Below, one piece after another: positions 62,130 through 64,000 of a stretch of 64,000 nucleotides of DNA (within the stretch, counting starts at the first letter, position 1; every line of letters starts with the position of its first letter). Source of the DNA: Pristiophorus japonicus (taxonomy: Eukaryota); NCBI RefSeq assembly GCF_044704955.1, contig NC_091978.1, positions 327,174,001-327,238,000 on the forward strand, read 5' to 3'. A program made the translations under genes and the position numbers. The notes under the pieces were generated by a model, which saw only the letters and a list, made by a program, of their open reading frames with translations, did not search any database and was not told where the DNA came from.

Positions 62130-64000
62130 GTCTTCATAGCACCAGAAGTCGAATTCCTTGGTATCAGGCCTACAAACTTGAAAACCAAGGCCATCAAAAA
62201 TCCACCCAAGCCTTAGAATGTGACGGAGCTGCGTTCGTTCCTTGTTGGTGTACTCAACTACTTCGGTAATTTCTTACCTAGATTGAGCACCTTATTAAAA
62301 CCACTGCACAACTGGGTTTGGGGTGCGTCTCAAGATAGAGCGTTTGAAAAAGCTACTAATCTACTTTGCTCTAACAAGCTGCTGGTACATTATGATCCGT
62401 GTAAGCATCTAGTATTGGCCTGTGATTCTTCGTCATATGGAGTGGGTGCGTGCTCCAAAAAGCTAATGAGTCAGGCAAATTACAACCTGTCGCGTATGCT
62501 TCAAAAAGTTTGTCAAAGGCGGAAAGAGTCTACAGCATGGTAGAGAAAGAAGCATTATCCTGTGTGTATGGGATTAAAAAGATGCATCAGTACCTGTTTG
62601 GTCTTCAGTTTAAACTGGAAATAGATTACAAGCCACTCATTTCATTGTTTTTGGAAAACAAAGGTATCAATACCAGTGCATCGTCCCGCATCTAGAGGTG
62701 GGCGCTGACATTATCTGCCTATGATTATGTAATTCGCCATACGCCTGGCACTGAAAATTGTGCCGATGCATTGAGCCGTCTGTCGTTGCCCACACCGGAG
62801 GTGGAAACGCCATAACCGGCAGACCTACTGTTAGTCATGGATGCTTTTGAAAGTGAAGGAACCCTGACACGGTTCAACAAGTTAAGACCTGGCTCAGCCA
62901 GGACCCGATATTATCGGTTGTGAAACATTGTATCCTTAGTGATGATTGGTCTGCCATACCCAAGTATATTTGTGAGGATACCAAACCTTACATCTGTCGC
63001 AAAGACGAACTATCCATTCAATCAGATTGTATACTGTGGGGCAATTGTGTTGTTATGTCCAAGAAAGGCAGAGAGAAATTTGTGCAAGATCTACATAGCA
63101 CACATCCCGGTATTGTCATGATGAAAGCCATTGCCAGATCTCATGTATGGTGGCCTGGAATTGACTCTGATCTGGAATCATGTGTGCATCAGTGCAACAC
63201 TTGCATGCAGCTTAGTAAAGCACCAGCAGAATTGCCGCTGAGTCTGTGGTCGTGGCGATCTAAACCATGGTCCAGGATCCACATCGACTTTGCAGGTCCC
63301 TTCCTGGGAAAGATGTTCTTAGTTGTGCTGGATGCTTATTCCAAGTAGATAGAGTGTACAATCATGTCATCCAGCACATCCACAGCTACGATTGAGAGCC
63401 TTCGTGTCATGTTTGTTACGCATGGTCTGCCATTCAAACCCGCATCCAATGGATAAGCAGAGCTTGTGGTCTAAACCATCAAGCGGAGTATGAAACCTGT
63501 AACTCACGGTTCACTGCAAACTCGCTTGTCATGCATATTGCTTAGTTACAGGACAAGACCCCATATGCTTACCGGGATCTCCCCTGCTGAACTATTGATG
63601 AAGAGAGGTCTCAAGACCAGGCTCTCTCTTGTCCAGCCTGACTTGAATAATTGTGTTTAATACAGACATCAAAGTCAGCAAGGGTATCATGATCCTGTGT
63701 ATGTACTGAATTATGGTCAAGGTCCCAAATGGATCGCCGGTACTGTTACGGCCAAGTAGGGTAACAGAGTGTTTATTGTTAAACTCAAGAATGGGCAGAC
63801 ATGCAGGAAACATGTCGATCAGATAAGGCTGCGGCACACGGATGAACCAGAACAATCTGAGGAAGACACAACCAACCTACCCTCAATCATCAGAGGACTC
63901 CGCTGTCATCAATGAATCTGAACTTTCAATCAGTAACATGGTCAATGAATCTGGACTTTCAATCCCTGATGTGGTCATTGCCACTCCCATCAGATTGGCT

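Larger units (their letters stand above)
57789..64000 (+). mobile_element. Gypsy LTR retrotransposon (3' LTR beyond the window), interrupted by a CR1
   Basis: LTR 57789-57994 (TG..CA), PBS TGGTGATGAGG, 541-aa gag-PR-RT ORF 58229-59854 (CCHC, LDTGAS), RNase H and integrase fragments 62130-63900. Confidence 0.92.

Overview
Repeat-dense vertebrate genomic DNA, most likely from a shark or other elasmobranch (inferred from the CR1/L2/RTE/Deu-SINE/Penelope repeat content). I found no confidently identifiable host gene; most of the window is nested transposable elements. These are a young Tx1-clade LINE lacking its endonuclease (1-5303), about ten CR1 LINE copies, RTE and L2 fragments, an RTE-tailed non-autonomous element (2 copies), a solo LTR, a Gypsy nested in a Gypsy (42.6-50.7 kb), and a decayed Harbinger interrupted by a SINE, a CR1 and a third Gypsy. 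The standout is a decayed endogenous retrovirus at about 28389-34897 with a Ser-tRNA PBS remnant, gag, pol (RT-tether-RNase H-IN), a putatively spliced env, a PPT and a 554-bp 3' LTR. Its env resembles a paramyxovirus-type fusion (F) protein preceded by an Ig-like segment, which makes it lokiretrovirus-like. A second unusual pattern is that all three CR1-in-CR1 insertions are 5'-truncated close to the position homologous to their insertion site. All calls were made by eye, with no database searches.
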